Source of the DNA: Octopus vulgaris
Lineage: Eukaryota
Assembly: GCA_951406725.2 (NCBI GenBank)
Contig: OX597819.1
Span: forward strand, 26,102,001-26,166,000
Reading direction: 5' to 3'
DNA length: 64,000 nucleotides
Below, one piece after another: positions 26,832 to 40,439 of the stretch. A program made the translations under genes and the position numbers. Under the pieces are notes generated by a model that was not told where the DNA came from, made no database searches, and worked only from the letters and a program-made list of their open reading frames with translations. Within the stretch, counting starts at the first letter, position 1, and each line of letters begins with the position of its first letter.

Positions 26832-28776
26832 TTATATGTATATTTATCTGTACATATGTATATCAGGCTTCATGTAGTTTCGTCTGCTGAATTCACCTAC
26901 AAGGTATCGATTGACTCGATGCTACAGTAGTATAATAAAGAAAAACTGGTCAAGGGGTCTATTCAAAGGGACTGAATCCAAAAGCATAAAATTTATGAAG
27001 TGGACATGACCATGTCTACGTCTCAAGCAATTAAAGGAATTTTTTTTCTGTCATCTTAGATTTGAGATGACGAGACGTTTGATTTTCTAGAACCACTTGA
27101 TTACGCCTCCTCATGACTGTATCCAAATCCATCAAATTCTCTAGATCTCAAATCATTCCTTCATGTTCTTTTAGCTTTATTTCATTTCACTCATTGTCTG
27201 CTTCGTTAGAGTCTTTCAATTGGATTTTGTCCTATGCTCTTTTCTTACATTTCAAGCAGTTCATCATTATTACTGACTTTCAAATGTATATGCATTAACT
27301 CTAAAACATTTCCGCCCTTAACATCCTAATTATCTAACTCTTTTCTCACAGCAATAGTAGATTCCATTACGTTATTGACATGAATTTCAATGACTAGCTC
27401 CAGATGGGGGAAAGCTTTTTTCTTAACCATACCTCATGCAACTGAAAGTAACTTCTCTTAAATGATGAAAGAATATTAAAATTTTTTGGTTAAGATTGAA
27501 ATGAATTCTTTTAATTTACTTTAAAATCTTATCACACTAACTAGTCATAATTACATCAACATTTTCTAAGCTTGTAGTAAAATAGAATTCGAAAGAATTG
27601 GGCATCATGTTCAAGCTTCACGAATGAAGAACTAATTGGTGGGAAAAAACATCATTCACATAATCGTATCTGTAATTTACTGAGTATTGATATCCAGTGG
27701 GATTATCTGGAACTAAAACCTCTTTCAAATTTAAATGATTTGCACGCAAGTACTGATCGGTCTTTTTCCACTTGTATTCGAAACGGGCAAGATATGCAAT
27801 CATTTAAGCCATAAGAATTTTCTTGACATATATAAGAGAAAATAGTTTAAACTTTCTTTCAAGTTTGCGTACAAGTAAAATTATAACCAAACAATTTTAA
27901 ATGGCATTTTGTTCCAGTAAAGGCCGGACAACCATATTTACAATTGTGTATTTGACGGTAATCATAATCGTTTCCTTTAATATTTTTGCAAATATTAGAA
28001 ACGTTTCTTGATAGTAGCTTAAGTCGATTTAATACAAGTCATGACATGCTATTTTTGAATTTGAATTACAAGTATTCATGAGAGTTTGGGGAGAAATGTA
28101 GAAACGTACAAACTTTAACATACGTGAGGATTCTGCAGGGTGTAAACGGGCGCGCACTCACATACACACACAAACACACACTTACATATACATACATGCA
28201 TATATTGAGCCTAAACAATTTTGTAAACTTTCGAAAAGACGTTAATTAATTCTTTTTTTGAACCCATATCTCAGAAATGATAGTAAACTAACCCTTCCAA
28301 GTGCTCTATCCATTTTCGAAACTTAATTCTTACCATGATTAAGGGAAATGTAGATGCTAATCACACGGGCAGCTCCCGACGTTTTTTATACCAAATGATT
28401 TTTCTTAACCCAGTATTTAGATGCTACAATTTACAGCGTTCTGTGATGTTCCTCGAGATTCAATGCTCCTATATATACATATATGATTACTTTGTTTCAT
28501 AGAATCATAAATCATTCCACTCAAAACGTCTACATGTTCGACTTAGACGCTTCGTGTGTAATTATTAAATATTTTTTTCCAAAAGTAATTTAAACATTTT
28601 TTTTACCAAAATATTGCAATATATTTCGCAAAGCATCACAAATTAATTCATTCCATTCATATATGCATACCTCCCGCATACAAACAGACACACATATATA
28701 CGATGTGGCCGTCCGTGAGCATGCATGATTCTTTGCGTATACTGGTAAGCGGAAAAGATACGTGTGTGTGTGAGTG

Positions 28777-28809
<33 letters not shown>

Positions 28810-29030
28810 CTCTTCCAGCTCTTGTCCTTACAGCCAACTCATAGCTATATCATGCCTGTGATTCTTCAAAGGAAATTTAAACTTGAAGAATGTATTAGAG
28901 TAGATGAAAGCGCTTATATGTGATTTGTGAAAACATGTGCCATGTTTATAAATACTTGTATATGTACAACTATCGAGATCTCTAAATACCTTATTTTTTC
29001 TAATATATATATATGTATATATATATATAT

Positions 29031-29532
29031 AAACTTAGACTTAGATAAACTTAGACGTGTTTCTACCAATGATTGGTCCAGGCCATGTCTAACTTAATAG
29101 CACCACCTGATAGGATTATTTGAATCCTGTTTAAGTCAAGTTTTGCTTATGGTCCATTCAAGTAGTGAGTTTTTGTTGGTTGAGTTGTATCCAATTATGG
29201 GTGGCTTATCTGGTATTCTTTGAAGGAATCTATCCAGACTCCGTTTAAAGTTGATGTGATCCTGTTCCTCTTTGATCTCTTTCGGGACAATGTTAAATAG
29301 GGCAGGGCCTGTTGAGGAAAAGAAATTATGTTGTAGTGTATAAGTATGCTGTGATCTTGAATTGGACAGGGGACGTATGGCCCGTGGTCCCAGTCTTGGA
29401 TGAACCTTGATGCTTATGTTCAGGTCGTTTGGGCAAAGTTGGCGGTATATTCTCCACATCGTACAAATGATGTACCGCTCACGGCGACGCTGGAGAGAGT
29501 AGAGTTTCAAGGCTTTAAGGCGATCCCAATAA
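29031..29532 (-). mobile_element. 5'-truncated LINE of the CR1/L2 group: ORF2 C-terminus, 3' UTR and tandem tail
   Basis: Open frame [20 protein letters not shown]...[17 protein letters not shown]...[16 protein letters not shown] matches the post-RT region of CR1-group ORF2. Stop at 29136; tail of tctaagttt repeats; both flanks TA microsatellite. Confidence 0.85.
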
Positions 29533-29942
29533 TATATATATATATATATATATACATACATATATACATATTTATATATAGATATAAATTTACATATATA
29601 TGCATATATATATATATATGCATATATATATATATATACATACATATATATGTACGTATGTATATACATATATATACATATACTTATATACATATATATA
29701 TATGCATATATACATATACATATAGACATATACCTACATGTATATATATGCATATATACATATATATATATATATATATACATCTATATATATACACACA
29801 TATATATGTATATGTATATACACATCGGTCTCTTTTGCCGAATATACAGAAGAATACATCTCCATACGCACACACACGCACACACACACAAACACACATA
29901 TATATATATATATATTATATATTATATATATTATATATAAAT

Positions 29943-30326
29943 TGGTGCGCAGGCATAGCTGTGAGGTAAGAAACTTGCTATTCAACCACATAGTATCGAG
30001 TTCAGCTTGAGAACATGAGTTTCTAGTATAGCCTCGAGCAAACCAAGGCCTTGTGAATGGATTTGGTAAACGGGAATTGAAAGAAGCCTGTTTTATCTAT
30101 GTATATATATATATATACATACATATATACATATATATATGCATACATATATATATATATATATATACATAGATAAAACAGGCTTCTTTCAATTCCCGTT
30201 TACCAAATCCATTCACAAGGCCTTGGTTTGCTCGAGGCTATACTAGAAACACATGTTCTCAAGCTGAACTCGGAACTATGTGGTTGAATAGCAAGTTTCT
30301 TACCTCACAGCTATGCCTGCGCACCA
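29943..30326. repeat. Near-perfect inverted duplication of a decayed family A SINE head around a TA-rich spacer
   Basis: 29943-30112 is almost exactly the reverse complement of 30157-30326. Confidence 0.92.
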
Positions 30327-30793
30327 CCATATAATATATTTTGCTTTTACTGAAGCGCTACGAGTATTAATTTTCCAGATGTTTTGAATTTGTTTAAATA
30401 TCCTTAGACTGAACACTAAGATTCATATATACAAAATAATTATTCTTCAATTTTTAGCATTAGCTTGCTTTATATTCATGGAGTCTTGATTTCCTAATCA
30501 AAATATCATCTATTTACTGCTGAAATCGAAAGATCATAATACATTTTTTTTTTTATTATTTCGAATGAAGTTTATTGGATATCTTTCTCATTGAATTTCA
30601 AATAAGATAAAAATATACTTGAGTCTGAACTGCAATACCCTTTCATTGATTGAAATTGTAAGAATGAAGTAAATACATTTCACCCGTTTGACATCTACAA
30701 CATAAAGTATGGACAGAATACGGTACTTTTACAGCAGTATAAACATACAGAATTCCTGTATATGCATCCATATACATGTGTGTATATGCGTGT

Positions 30794-30829
<36 letters not shown>

Positions 30830-30842
30830 TATATGAGCATTA

Positions 30843-30892
<50 letters not shown>

Positions 30893-31211
30893 AACACACA
30901 CAGAAGTGTCTAAAGTATAGAAGTATTACTAATATTGTCATAATTTATTTTATTGTCAGGCAGAGGTCAACTAAATTACACATATAAGTAGAAAAGCTTT
31001 ACCTGTATAGTGACACTTCTTCCTCATCATATGCATTGCAGGCAAATAACACTTTCCATTGCAGTAGCATCGTGTGATAATTAAATCCCCGTATCGAAGG
31101 AGATGTGGAGGCTGGTTAACATCCACCGGCCTCGAGGGATTGTTTACTTTGGTAAGAATGTTAAAAAAGAGTAATGAGCGTAGGTACAAGAACTGTAAAA
31201 ATGGGGGAACC

Positions 31212-31444
31212 TATTTCTTTACTACCCACAAGGGGCTAAACACAGAGGGGACAAACAAGGGCAGACAAACGGATTAAGTCGATTATATCGACTCCAGTGC
31301 GTAACTGGTACTTTTTTTAATCGACCCCGAAAGGATGAAAGGCAAAGTCGACCTCGGCGGAATTTGAACTCAGAACGTAACGGCAGACGAAATACGGCTA
31401 CGCATTTCGCCCGACATGCTAACGTTTCTGGCAGCTCACCGCCT
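31212..31444 (-). mobile_element. Family C SINE monomer with 16-bp TSD
   Basis: taaaaatgggggaacc at 31196-31211 and 31445-31460. Confidence 0.92.
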
Positions 31445-31940
31445 TAAAAATGGGGGAACCATTAAACACAAACCACGCATTGGGTAAATATCACAAATTA
31501 CGCGCTAGTGAACACAATGCATTACAAAAGACAATAAAATAGTTTCGGATTCAGAGAGCATGTTCAAAGCGAGTACCTCGGTTGCTGACGCCAGATTTGA
31601 AGGAGGGAAGCGTGGAAATCCGCTTTGATCTATTGTAAGCATAGGAGGACAGTGAAGACTTGATTTTCTTTTAATGATTTGGTGATAAGGGATGGAAAGT
31701 GAGTGTATCCTTATGACACGGAAAACTTCACAACATCAGTTTTCCATCACCAAAGAAGTGGCAGCGGTAGTTAGAGAAACACATAGCAACAATTATAGAT
31801 GATAACGTGGGCGTCATTCACCTTGATGTTTCTGTGTGTATGTATGCATGCATGCATTTATGTATGTACGTACCTACATATATGTGTATATATGCAATTA
31901 TCTATTTTTCGTTCTCCCTCTCTCCTTATATATATATAAG

Positions 31941-32218
31941 CTGTAGGATCGCGGTTTCGATTCCCAGGCCGGGCGTTGTGAGTTTTTATTGAGCGAGAAC
32001 ATCTACAGCTACACGAGCTCCAACGGGGTTGGGGGCGATCTAGCGATCCCTGCTGTACTCTTTCTCCACAACTTTCTCTCACTCTTTCTTCTGTTGGCCT
32101 GCTCGCGTAGCCAGCGGGGCGGCAGCATTTAAAGGCTAAAACAATGCGAAGCGCATTGTGGCCAGCGATATGTAGCAACATCTGATAGTCTGGTCTCGGT
32201 CAAGGTGATCACGGTGAT
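31941..32218 (+). mobile_element. Family B SINE, 5' truncated
   Basis: Colinear with 55383-55684. Confidence 0.85.
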
Positions 32219-33391
32219 ATACAAGCCACTATTAGATATTATTCCGTAAAGTGCATGATATACCTCAATTAGGCTGAGTAATGTCGAAAATATGGTTCGT
32301 AACATGTCTGTTTCATTTAATTGCAAGATGTTACTTTATATTTAACTATAACATAAAATTGATTTGATATGAATAAACACACTTTGGAAACTTTTATTTT
32401 CGTACCATATTAAAACAAGACAGTACTTTATGTTCACCGATGTCAAAAGAGCCAAATATATTCAAATTATCCATACAAATTCCATCAATTAAGGTTACAG
32501 AAGTTCAGATACTGCTTCGTTTTTAATCTTATTTGTAACTGGATAATAACTATTTCTATTTTCTTTATAAAATTTGTTAAATTACAGCTTGACATTTTAT
32601 CCTTTCCTTTTCCTATCGGACTACCATACTTTCTTGTTATCTAATTATCTTTTCATCCTAATTCACTTTAATTTAAAGTACATGTAAGGCATTTAAGGAT
32701 GCGTGAATCTAAACTTGGATAGACATAATTTATTAAAGGAATTTTTTTTTAATTCACCAAACCCCATGTCAATATAGACAATTTCCCTTTTTTGCTCATC
32801 CTACTACGGTCAAGCTGGAGTATGGTCATGTAGTGTTAATCGAAGAAATTGTCACCGGTAATATTTTTAACCTGGCGCTTGTATTTTCGTTTTTTTTTTC
32901 CCCGGGCCACTAATTTGAAGGAACGAGATCAAATGAACGTACGTTGTCAAAACGTGAAGCCAAACAAACACACACGCACACACACTTACTGACACACATA
33001 TTGGAACACTTACATACATATTACACATACAAACATATATATGATATGTGTGCGTGTATATGTGCGCAATCTCTGTCGACGCAGTCTCTGTCAACGAAAC
33101 TCACTGCCAAGGCATTGGTTGTTCCGGAGATATAGTAACGAGTTGCATCCCAGCGAGACTGGATCCGAAACCACACAGTTGCGATGAAACTTATGAATAA
33201 AAATGAAAATGTATTGAACTAAATGCATCATCAGTAAAATACAAATATCTGAAACAGGCACCAAGTACAAAAAATGCTATTGTTTCATTTTATATAATCT
33301 ATACATATTTCCGCAATATCCTATTACCGAAAGAATATTGAAATGTCGAACATAATAATAAGTACCATTCATCCGACAAACTTCTACATAC

Positions 33392-33595
33392 TTACTCTTT
33401 TACTTCTTTCAGTCATTTGATGTGGCCATGCTGGAGCACCGCCTTTAGTCGAGCAAGTCGCCCCCCGGATTTATTCTTTTGTAAGCCCAGTACTTATTCT
33501 ATCGGTCTCTTTTGCCGAACCACTAAGTTACGAGACCTAAACACACCAGCATCCGTTGCGGGGGACAAACAGACACACACACACATATATAAAAA

Positions 33596-33645
<50 letters not shown>

Positions 33646-33930
33646 TATATATATATGATCATTTGTGACATATAATTTATTAGTTTAAACCAGGCCATCA
33701 GATGCTGTTACACATCGCTGGTCACAATGCGCTTCACATTGTTTTAGCAGTCAAATGACGCCACCCCGCTGGCTAAGCGAGCAGGCCAATATATATATAT
33801 ATATATACATACATATATACGACGGGCTTCTTTCAGTTTCCGTCTAGCAAATCTACTCACAAGTTATTGGTCGGCCCGAGGCTATGGTAGAAGATACTTG
33901 TTCAAGGTATCTCGCAGAAGGATTGTACCT
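33392..33930 (-). mobile_element. Family A SINE with a family B tail fragment (33692-33788) in its internal microsatellite
   Basis: A tail at 33392-33580, B tail caggccatcagatg...gcaggccaa, A body at 33819-33930. Confidence 0.8.
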
Positions 33931-36008
33931 GAGGACTCGTAACTGCGAAATTAACTTTGGGTCTGCAGCGCTTATATTGAAACCTCGTCATTCATCGTCT
34001 ATTGTAAGAATTTGAAGAAACGCGCGTATGAAATTTTCAAACAGTTAAACTATAAAATTAAGCTGAATGGAATACTTTGCAGCCATCAAAATAAAATATC
34101 ATAGTGAATAAAGAAAAAAATTCTTAACAGCAGAAAATTTTGTATCGTAGTATATAAAATAACATACAAAAGATAGAAGTCGGAGAGTTTAATCAAACGT
34201 GCAAATATTTTTGCTAGTCCTTGTACAAAGAGAAGAGATAATTGAACAAAATAAAGCAAATACACCTGGACTATAGATCAGTAATAATACGAAGAACAAA
34301 TATATTTAATGAAAATAAGAACATAAGTAAAGAAAATAGATTCACTTGCATGTGAGAAAAATACGCAAACATTTTGCAAACATTTCTATTCAGTATGAAA
34401 AGAAAACTATTTGCCGGAGGATCAAGTGTGTAGAAATAATTTTAAGATGAAAAATAAATTTCAATTGTCTTAGTTAAAACAAATGAATGCTTTTTTTTTT
34501 TTTTTTCTGCAACACCGATGTTCAAGTTTCAACTGTATTTTATGACTCAAATGTTGAAATCAACAACGAATACTCTCTAATTTTAAGAACATGCAACATT
34601 CCCGGTTAATTAAATCTGGGGTTATCGTTAATAGTTGTGGTGTTACGTGGATAAGCGACATACCTATTCACCTACAAAGAATGCTCGTTATCTATCCAAA
34701 GATGGAAGCTGTATATGGTCACATAATTCGCTAGAAATAGCAGTACATATAGAATCTACTCGATTACTAGAAATATCAGATAAACATTTCATCGAATCAA
34801 ACCTTACAGTCTGTAAAAAATGAACAGGACAACGCATTGGATAATGTAGTCCCAGATACACTTATAGGAGCTTCTGTAATTTGAGGTCGACAATGCATTT
34901 GCACATATATTTGCAAGCCGTAAGGAACATATGTTTTTGAAGCAGAAAACTGGCAGTCAGCCATGCATTCCGTCTTCCTGTACGCTGCCGAAGTTTCTTT
35001 TATGCGAATGCGACCTACTTGGACCGATACTGTTTGGTCGCATTCTGTCATTGCCGACAAGACACACACGGTCAGAACAGGTACTGCAAGGGATTGTGCC
35101 CTAATATCTAACAGGTCCGTCAATCCATTGCCCACGACTTATAATTTGCGAAGGGATTATATGCAAAGTCAACACCTAGGAATTTTAACTCAGATCACTG
35201 GGATTTGGAAGAGATAACGCGAAGGATATCATCTAAATTCTCTGCGAATTTGGTGCCTTTCTTCTGAAGAAAAAAATGACGAGATACCCATGATTGTAAT
35301 GCCATTGATTGTTCTTCTTGTCGATAAGAACTGGTCTGGGGCAAAACAACAATATCAGAATTAGTCCATATCAAATAAAATATTTACTGATCTAAATACT
35401 GGAAAGAAACACATTATCATTATTAGAGGAGCCGGTTCTAAAATTGATAAATTGTACCTGTTGCGAATGTAGATGGACTAACCCATTAAGAGTAAGGTAG
35501 AAAAAAAACGTTGCATATTTGAAATGAGGCCAACAGATGGCGTTTCTAATGAGTGTTCTGGAAAATATTGTTTAAATAATTTTTTAACTTCAGAGAAAGA
35601 AATTGCAGTCATGCTTGTGTTTGAAAAGACTAATCAAAAGTGCTCACACACTAGGAAAAAAATTCTTCTAAAAAAGGTTGGTAACATCTCTATGCAAGAT
35701 TTTATAACAATTAACAAAAAATAATTTTTAAAAAAACTCTTTATACTAAGTAATTTTTCAGACTTTCAAATATACATACATATATAGGTGTGTGCATGTG
35801 TGTGTGTGCATGCGTGTATATATATATATCTATAGATATAGCTATATATATACGGGTGTGTGTGATTGTGTATAGAAGAATATATTAATAAAAGGAATTC
35901 CAACCTTGTCTGATTTTCACATTTTATTTACAATCTTATAATGCTTTAATATAATATAATATAATAAAATAAAATAAAATAATAGAATGTTAAATGTTCA
36001 TTCTGATT

Positions 36009-36051
36009 GAACTAGTACTTTCATGCATTAAATTCTGCAATCTTCAGGTTC
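36009..36051 (-). ncRNA. Minimal type I hammerhead ribozyme motif
   Basis: Exact reverse complement of 36130-36172. Confidence 0.65.
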
Positions 36052-36129
36052 ATGTAGTAGTGGTGTCAGTCATGCTTCATAATTTTTGACAGTCAAAAAT
36101 TGTGAAGCATGACTGTCAACTCTATACAG

Positions 36130-36172
36130 GAACCTGAAGATTGCAGAATTTAATGCATGAAAGTACTAGTTC
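36130..36172 (+). ncRNA. Minimal type I hammerhead ribozyme motif
   Basis: gaac-CTGAAGA-t-tgca-gaatttaa-tgca-t-GAAA-gtac-TA-gttc: stem I gaac/gttc, stem II tgca/tgca, palindromic stem III agtact. Confidence 0.65.
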
Positions 36173-36305
36173 AATCAGAATGAACATTTAACATTCTATT
36201 ATTTTATTTTATTTTATTATATTATATTATATTATATTAAAGCATTATAAGATTGTAAATAAAACGTGAAAATCAGACAAGGTTGGAATTCCTTTTATTA
36301 ATATA

Positions 36306-36358
<53 letters not shown>

Positions 36359-37285
36359 TGAGGTGAGAGATTAAGGGAAAGGGATAGTGTGTGTGTGTAT
36401 TTGAATGTTGCTCGTGGTCTAAGATTAAAGATATTACAGTTGTGACTATCACGTCATTTTTGATATAGTGTATATCTAAAAGCTACAACATACAATATTT
36501 CCCTGTTTGAGAGAGATGTCTGTGATTTAATGCAAACCTGGCTGCCATTTGCTGTAGATTAATTGACTGTGTAGATGCTTACACATCGCCCCTTAAAGTC
36601 AGCCTGTTGTCACTTTAACTGGTTTTAGTTGAAATTGAACTCTGGATAGATCTGTGAAAAAAATCCCTTGAAACCACGGCAATTCCACTCTCATTATGTA
36701 TCTTGGACAACATTAACCAGTGAATTCCTTCTGTTTTGCCGACAGTAGGCAGACCTAATTTAAGGGAGATTTGGTTGCCATTCATCGCAAAACAAGGGAG
36801 TACACAATACCCACTTCGTGTGCTTTCGCATATGTATGCAAATGTGTACGTGTATCTTTGTGAAAGTATGAGCATGTGAGTGTGTGAAAATATGTATCTA
36901 TACAGACACGCAAATAGAAATAGAAAATGCATACACGGCTTCTTTCCGTTTAATCCATGATTCTATAGACGATAAAATTAGATACTTCATTTTATTGCAT
37001 TCCATACAGCTATCTATTTCTATTGTTTTCTGTTTTCTAGCGCACATTATATTTTATACTTTGTGATTTATAGAAAATTTCCCTTTATTCTGCATTTATA
37101 TATTTTCCATGACTCCGAGGAGAAAGATCAGCAGAAATAAACACTGCTATTAATATATAACGTTGGAATAAATTTTAATTCAAATATATCCCGTCCATCT
37201 GTATAAAATCGCTATCTATTTTTGAAATACTAAATACTTTATTTTTCACCATTTCGACAATAGCGTAAATATATCATAGTGCAAA

Positions 37286-37350
37286 TTTTAATAATAATAA
37301 TGATGATGATGATTGTGGTGGTGGTGACGACGACGACGACGATGATGACA
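37286..37350. repeat. Compound trinucleotide repeat (AAT/GAT/GGT/GAC)
   Basis: Visible tandem runs. Confidence 0.85.
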
Positions 37351-37351
37351 A

Positions 37352-37558
37352 TTTCGGATTTTGGTGCAAGGCCACCGAGTTCAGGATAGGGAGAAGTGTA
37401 AGTCTATTACATCGACTCCAGTGATTAACGAATATTTATTTTATCATACCCCAAACGGATGAAAGGCAAAGTTCAACTCGGTGGAATTTGAACTCAGAAC
37501 GAAAAGCCACTAACCATTTTGCCCGGCGTGCTAACGACTCGGCCAGCTCGCCGCCTTA
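37352..37558 (-). mobile_element. Family C SINE, older subfamily
   Basis: ccagctcgccgcctt head and diverged central block; (AGT)n follows at about 37570-37627. Confidence 0.8.
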
Positions 37559-40029
37559 ATAATGGTGCTGGCAGTAGTTGTAGCATAAGTAGTAGTAGTA
37601 ATAGTATTAGTAGTAGTAGTAGTAGTATACCCAACTGGCGACAAGTATTCATCATCTCTAAATTATTAACCTATAATCCTTTAATTTTATGAAAATGTTA
37701 TTTGTAATTATTAGGAATATATTTGTAAATGAAGAATGCAAACACACATGGACATGCAGTTATGACAGGCCGTCCGTCAAATCTGGCGGTGACCTAGTTG
37801 CAGCTATAAATAAATGAAGAAAAGAAAAATGAAAGAAGCGGAAACTAGAAGCAAAATATTCCTATAGGCCTAATGTTCTTCCAATGATGATCAATGACTG
37901 CGATGACTTCAGCCGTGTAGCACCTTAAGAGAGGATGCACTGATGGACGATGGAATTCGTAATGTATCCAGGTATCTGTATCTGACGCTCGGCAAGAAAG
38001 TGGAGCTAATTAATTTGGCGCAAATGTTTGATATCCCAACTGCAGCAATGAATAAATGTTCTACCACCTGTAGCTCTAAAAGGTTTTTTAGTAAATAATG
38101 GAGACTTTGAATAGCGATACAGCATATTTTACTCAGACATCTCACCAAGACTCAATACTCTCAATCCAACAAATTAGATATTGCGTTAACTTCACCGTTG
38201 TAGGAAAAATTAATTATTGCAAAAATGACAAGTGATTTGTAGATGCCAAGGGGTGTAGTTGCTAGAAATAAGTGTCTCGTGAATGAATGATTTTATCTAA
38301 TGGATGTATACATATGTAAAATTATCTTAAGCACATTTACCCATAACAATAAGATGAGGTGGTCATCGGTGAAATGCATTTAACCTTGGGTATCTTCAAA
38401 CCTGTGTCTTTAGTAACAAGCCAATCACCGCCATATATTTTTATTTAGACAGAGGATATGAGCGAATTGTTAATGCTGCTTTTTATCTAAGTAAAACTGG
38501 AGATTTCGCAACTGTGAACATCTGTGGCAAGTCATTTTTAACCGTGGCAATGTTAGAACTTCTACTGTAATTTCACTAATTTGCCTACTACGCATTTTAA
38601 AGAGATGTATTGTCAGTAAAATCGACCTACCTAAATGGTTAAACTATGTTTTCTCAGTCCCTTAGGGAAGGAAAGGCTAGGTCAACCCATTAGGGATTTC
38701 GAGTGTAGATTGATAAATCTAATTAAGGTAATGCATTGAATCACTTTTGCTCCTTCGCCGCGAAATTCAATAAAAGACTTCTCGAAAGTATGCCGGGAGA
38801 TGAAAATCGTCAATGAGCGATTCTAATTTGTTCTACTTTCAAGTATTAACTCTTATGACAATATTCGCAGTCAAGGTTACAAGGTTAATTATCATACTTC
38901 AATAGTTAAGTTTATTTTTAAAGACTAATGCCGTAAAGCAAGTGTGGAATTACGGTCAATGGGGCTCGTACCGGCTTCTTTTCCCAGTGGGAACCAATTA
39001 AATATATTTACATCTCTAAGGTTTTTTTCTTTATTCTTTACCTCTTTTTTCCAGCAACATTTGTGCTTCACAAAATCCTTTTACTTCTGCCACAAAACAC
39101 TTAACATTGTAATAACCTATAACAATCGAATAGTAAACGTATCCAATAAGGACTGCGAAATAAATGAGATTTTTTCAGATTCGCAATGGAAGCCATTTTG
39201 TTTCAGTTAATCTTAATATATCCCTGGGAAATGTGTATGTGTCACGTAATTTTTTTCTTAATATCTGGCCCCTGGAGTTTGGTAAGAACAGGAAACAAAT
39301 TGACACTACCATACCTTTAACATTGGTGGTGCTGTATTGGAAGTCGAATAAAATAACCAAAATCAGTGTTGTTTCACTATACAGACACTTTCCAATTTTA
39401 ATCCGTCATTTCAATGTTGATTATTCACTGCCCTTCTCACAAATATTCTAAGTCATTTTAAATATTGCCTTTTCTTCAATATCTCACAGGAAATATTACT
39501 GTTAGAGTCTTGTAAATATATCTAATACAATGTCTTCAAATCTATAGTCAGAAATATAAAAAAGTAAATGCCATGAAAGTTTTTGTAATCTTCATAATTA
39601 CTTTCTACCGAATTGTAAACATACATTCAAATATTCCGCCTACGAAAAACAAATTTATTCTACAGTATTCATTCGCAATACGACTTGTGTAAAGGCTTTG
39701 AATTTGTATGGAAAAATATGAAAACCAACAAAACATTATCTAAAAACTTTCTTCTGTATTTGTATCGCAATCATTTGCTTCGAAAGTATAGATGCTAAAA
39801 TAAAATATACTACAAATATTCCGATAAATATAATTTACATAACAGACATTACTCTGAAGACCTGCCAAACCTATTTCTCTTTTTACACAAGTGATTATTA
39901 AACAACATAGTTTAATAGTTCTTGCTGGCAACATTTGTATTATAAAAGAAAATCGATTGTTAACCCTGCACTCTAGTTGCTATTTAGTATGAAACGTCGT
40001 TTTCTACATCACTTGTTATATCCCTCTTT

Positions 40030-40054
40030 TATATATACATACATACATACATAC

Positions 40055-40123
<69 letters not shown>

Positions 40124-40124
40124 G

Positions 40125-40175
<51 letters not shown>

Positions 40176-40439
40176 GTATATATATATATGTATATATATG
40201 TATATATATATATATGTATATATATGTATATATATATATGTATATATATGTATATATATATATGTATATATATGTATATATATATATGTATATATATGTA
40301 TATATATATGTATATATATGTATATATATATATGTATATATATGTATATATATATATGTATATATATGTATATATATATATATGTATATATATGTATATA
40401 TATATATATATATGTATATATATGTATATATATATATAT
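40030..40439. repeat. Higher-order TA/TATG microsatellite
   Basis: Alternating gtatatatat and longer units. Confidence 0.95.

Larger units (their letters stand above)
35879..36307. mobile_element. Near-perfect 430-bp palindrome with two outward-facing hammerhead motifs
   Basis: Centre aatttttgac-a-gtcaaaaatt at 36091. Arms differ mainly in one short patch (about 36052-36066 versus 36116-36129) and in one extra ATATT-type unit. Confidence 0.85.

Noticed and set aside
34850-34945. Minus-strand ANICANALST resembling the Gypsy RNase H N..ADALSR motif
   Set aside because: No other pol motifs nearby; likely chance.
39030-39360. Minus-strand DILRLTETKWL and IGYYNVK resembling LINE AP-endonuclease motifs
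   Set aside because: The motifs are far closer together than in real endonucleases and are separated by a stop; too weak to call.
40110-40439. Regularly spaced repeats
   Set aside because: Simple tandem repeats without unique spacers; not a CRISPR array, and the DNA is eukaryotic.
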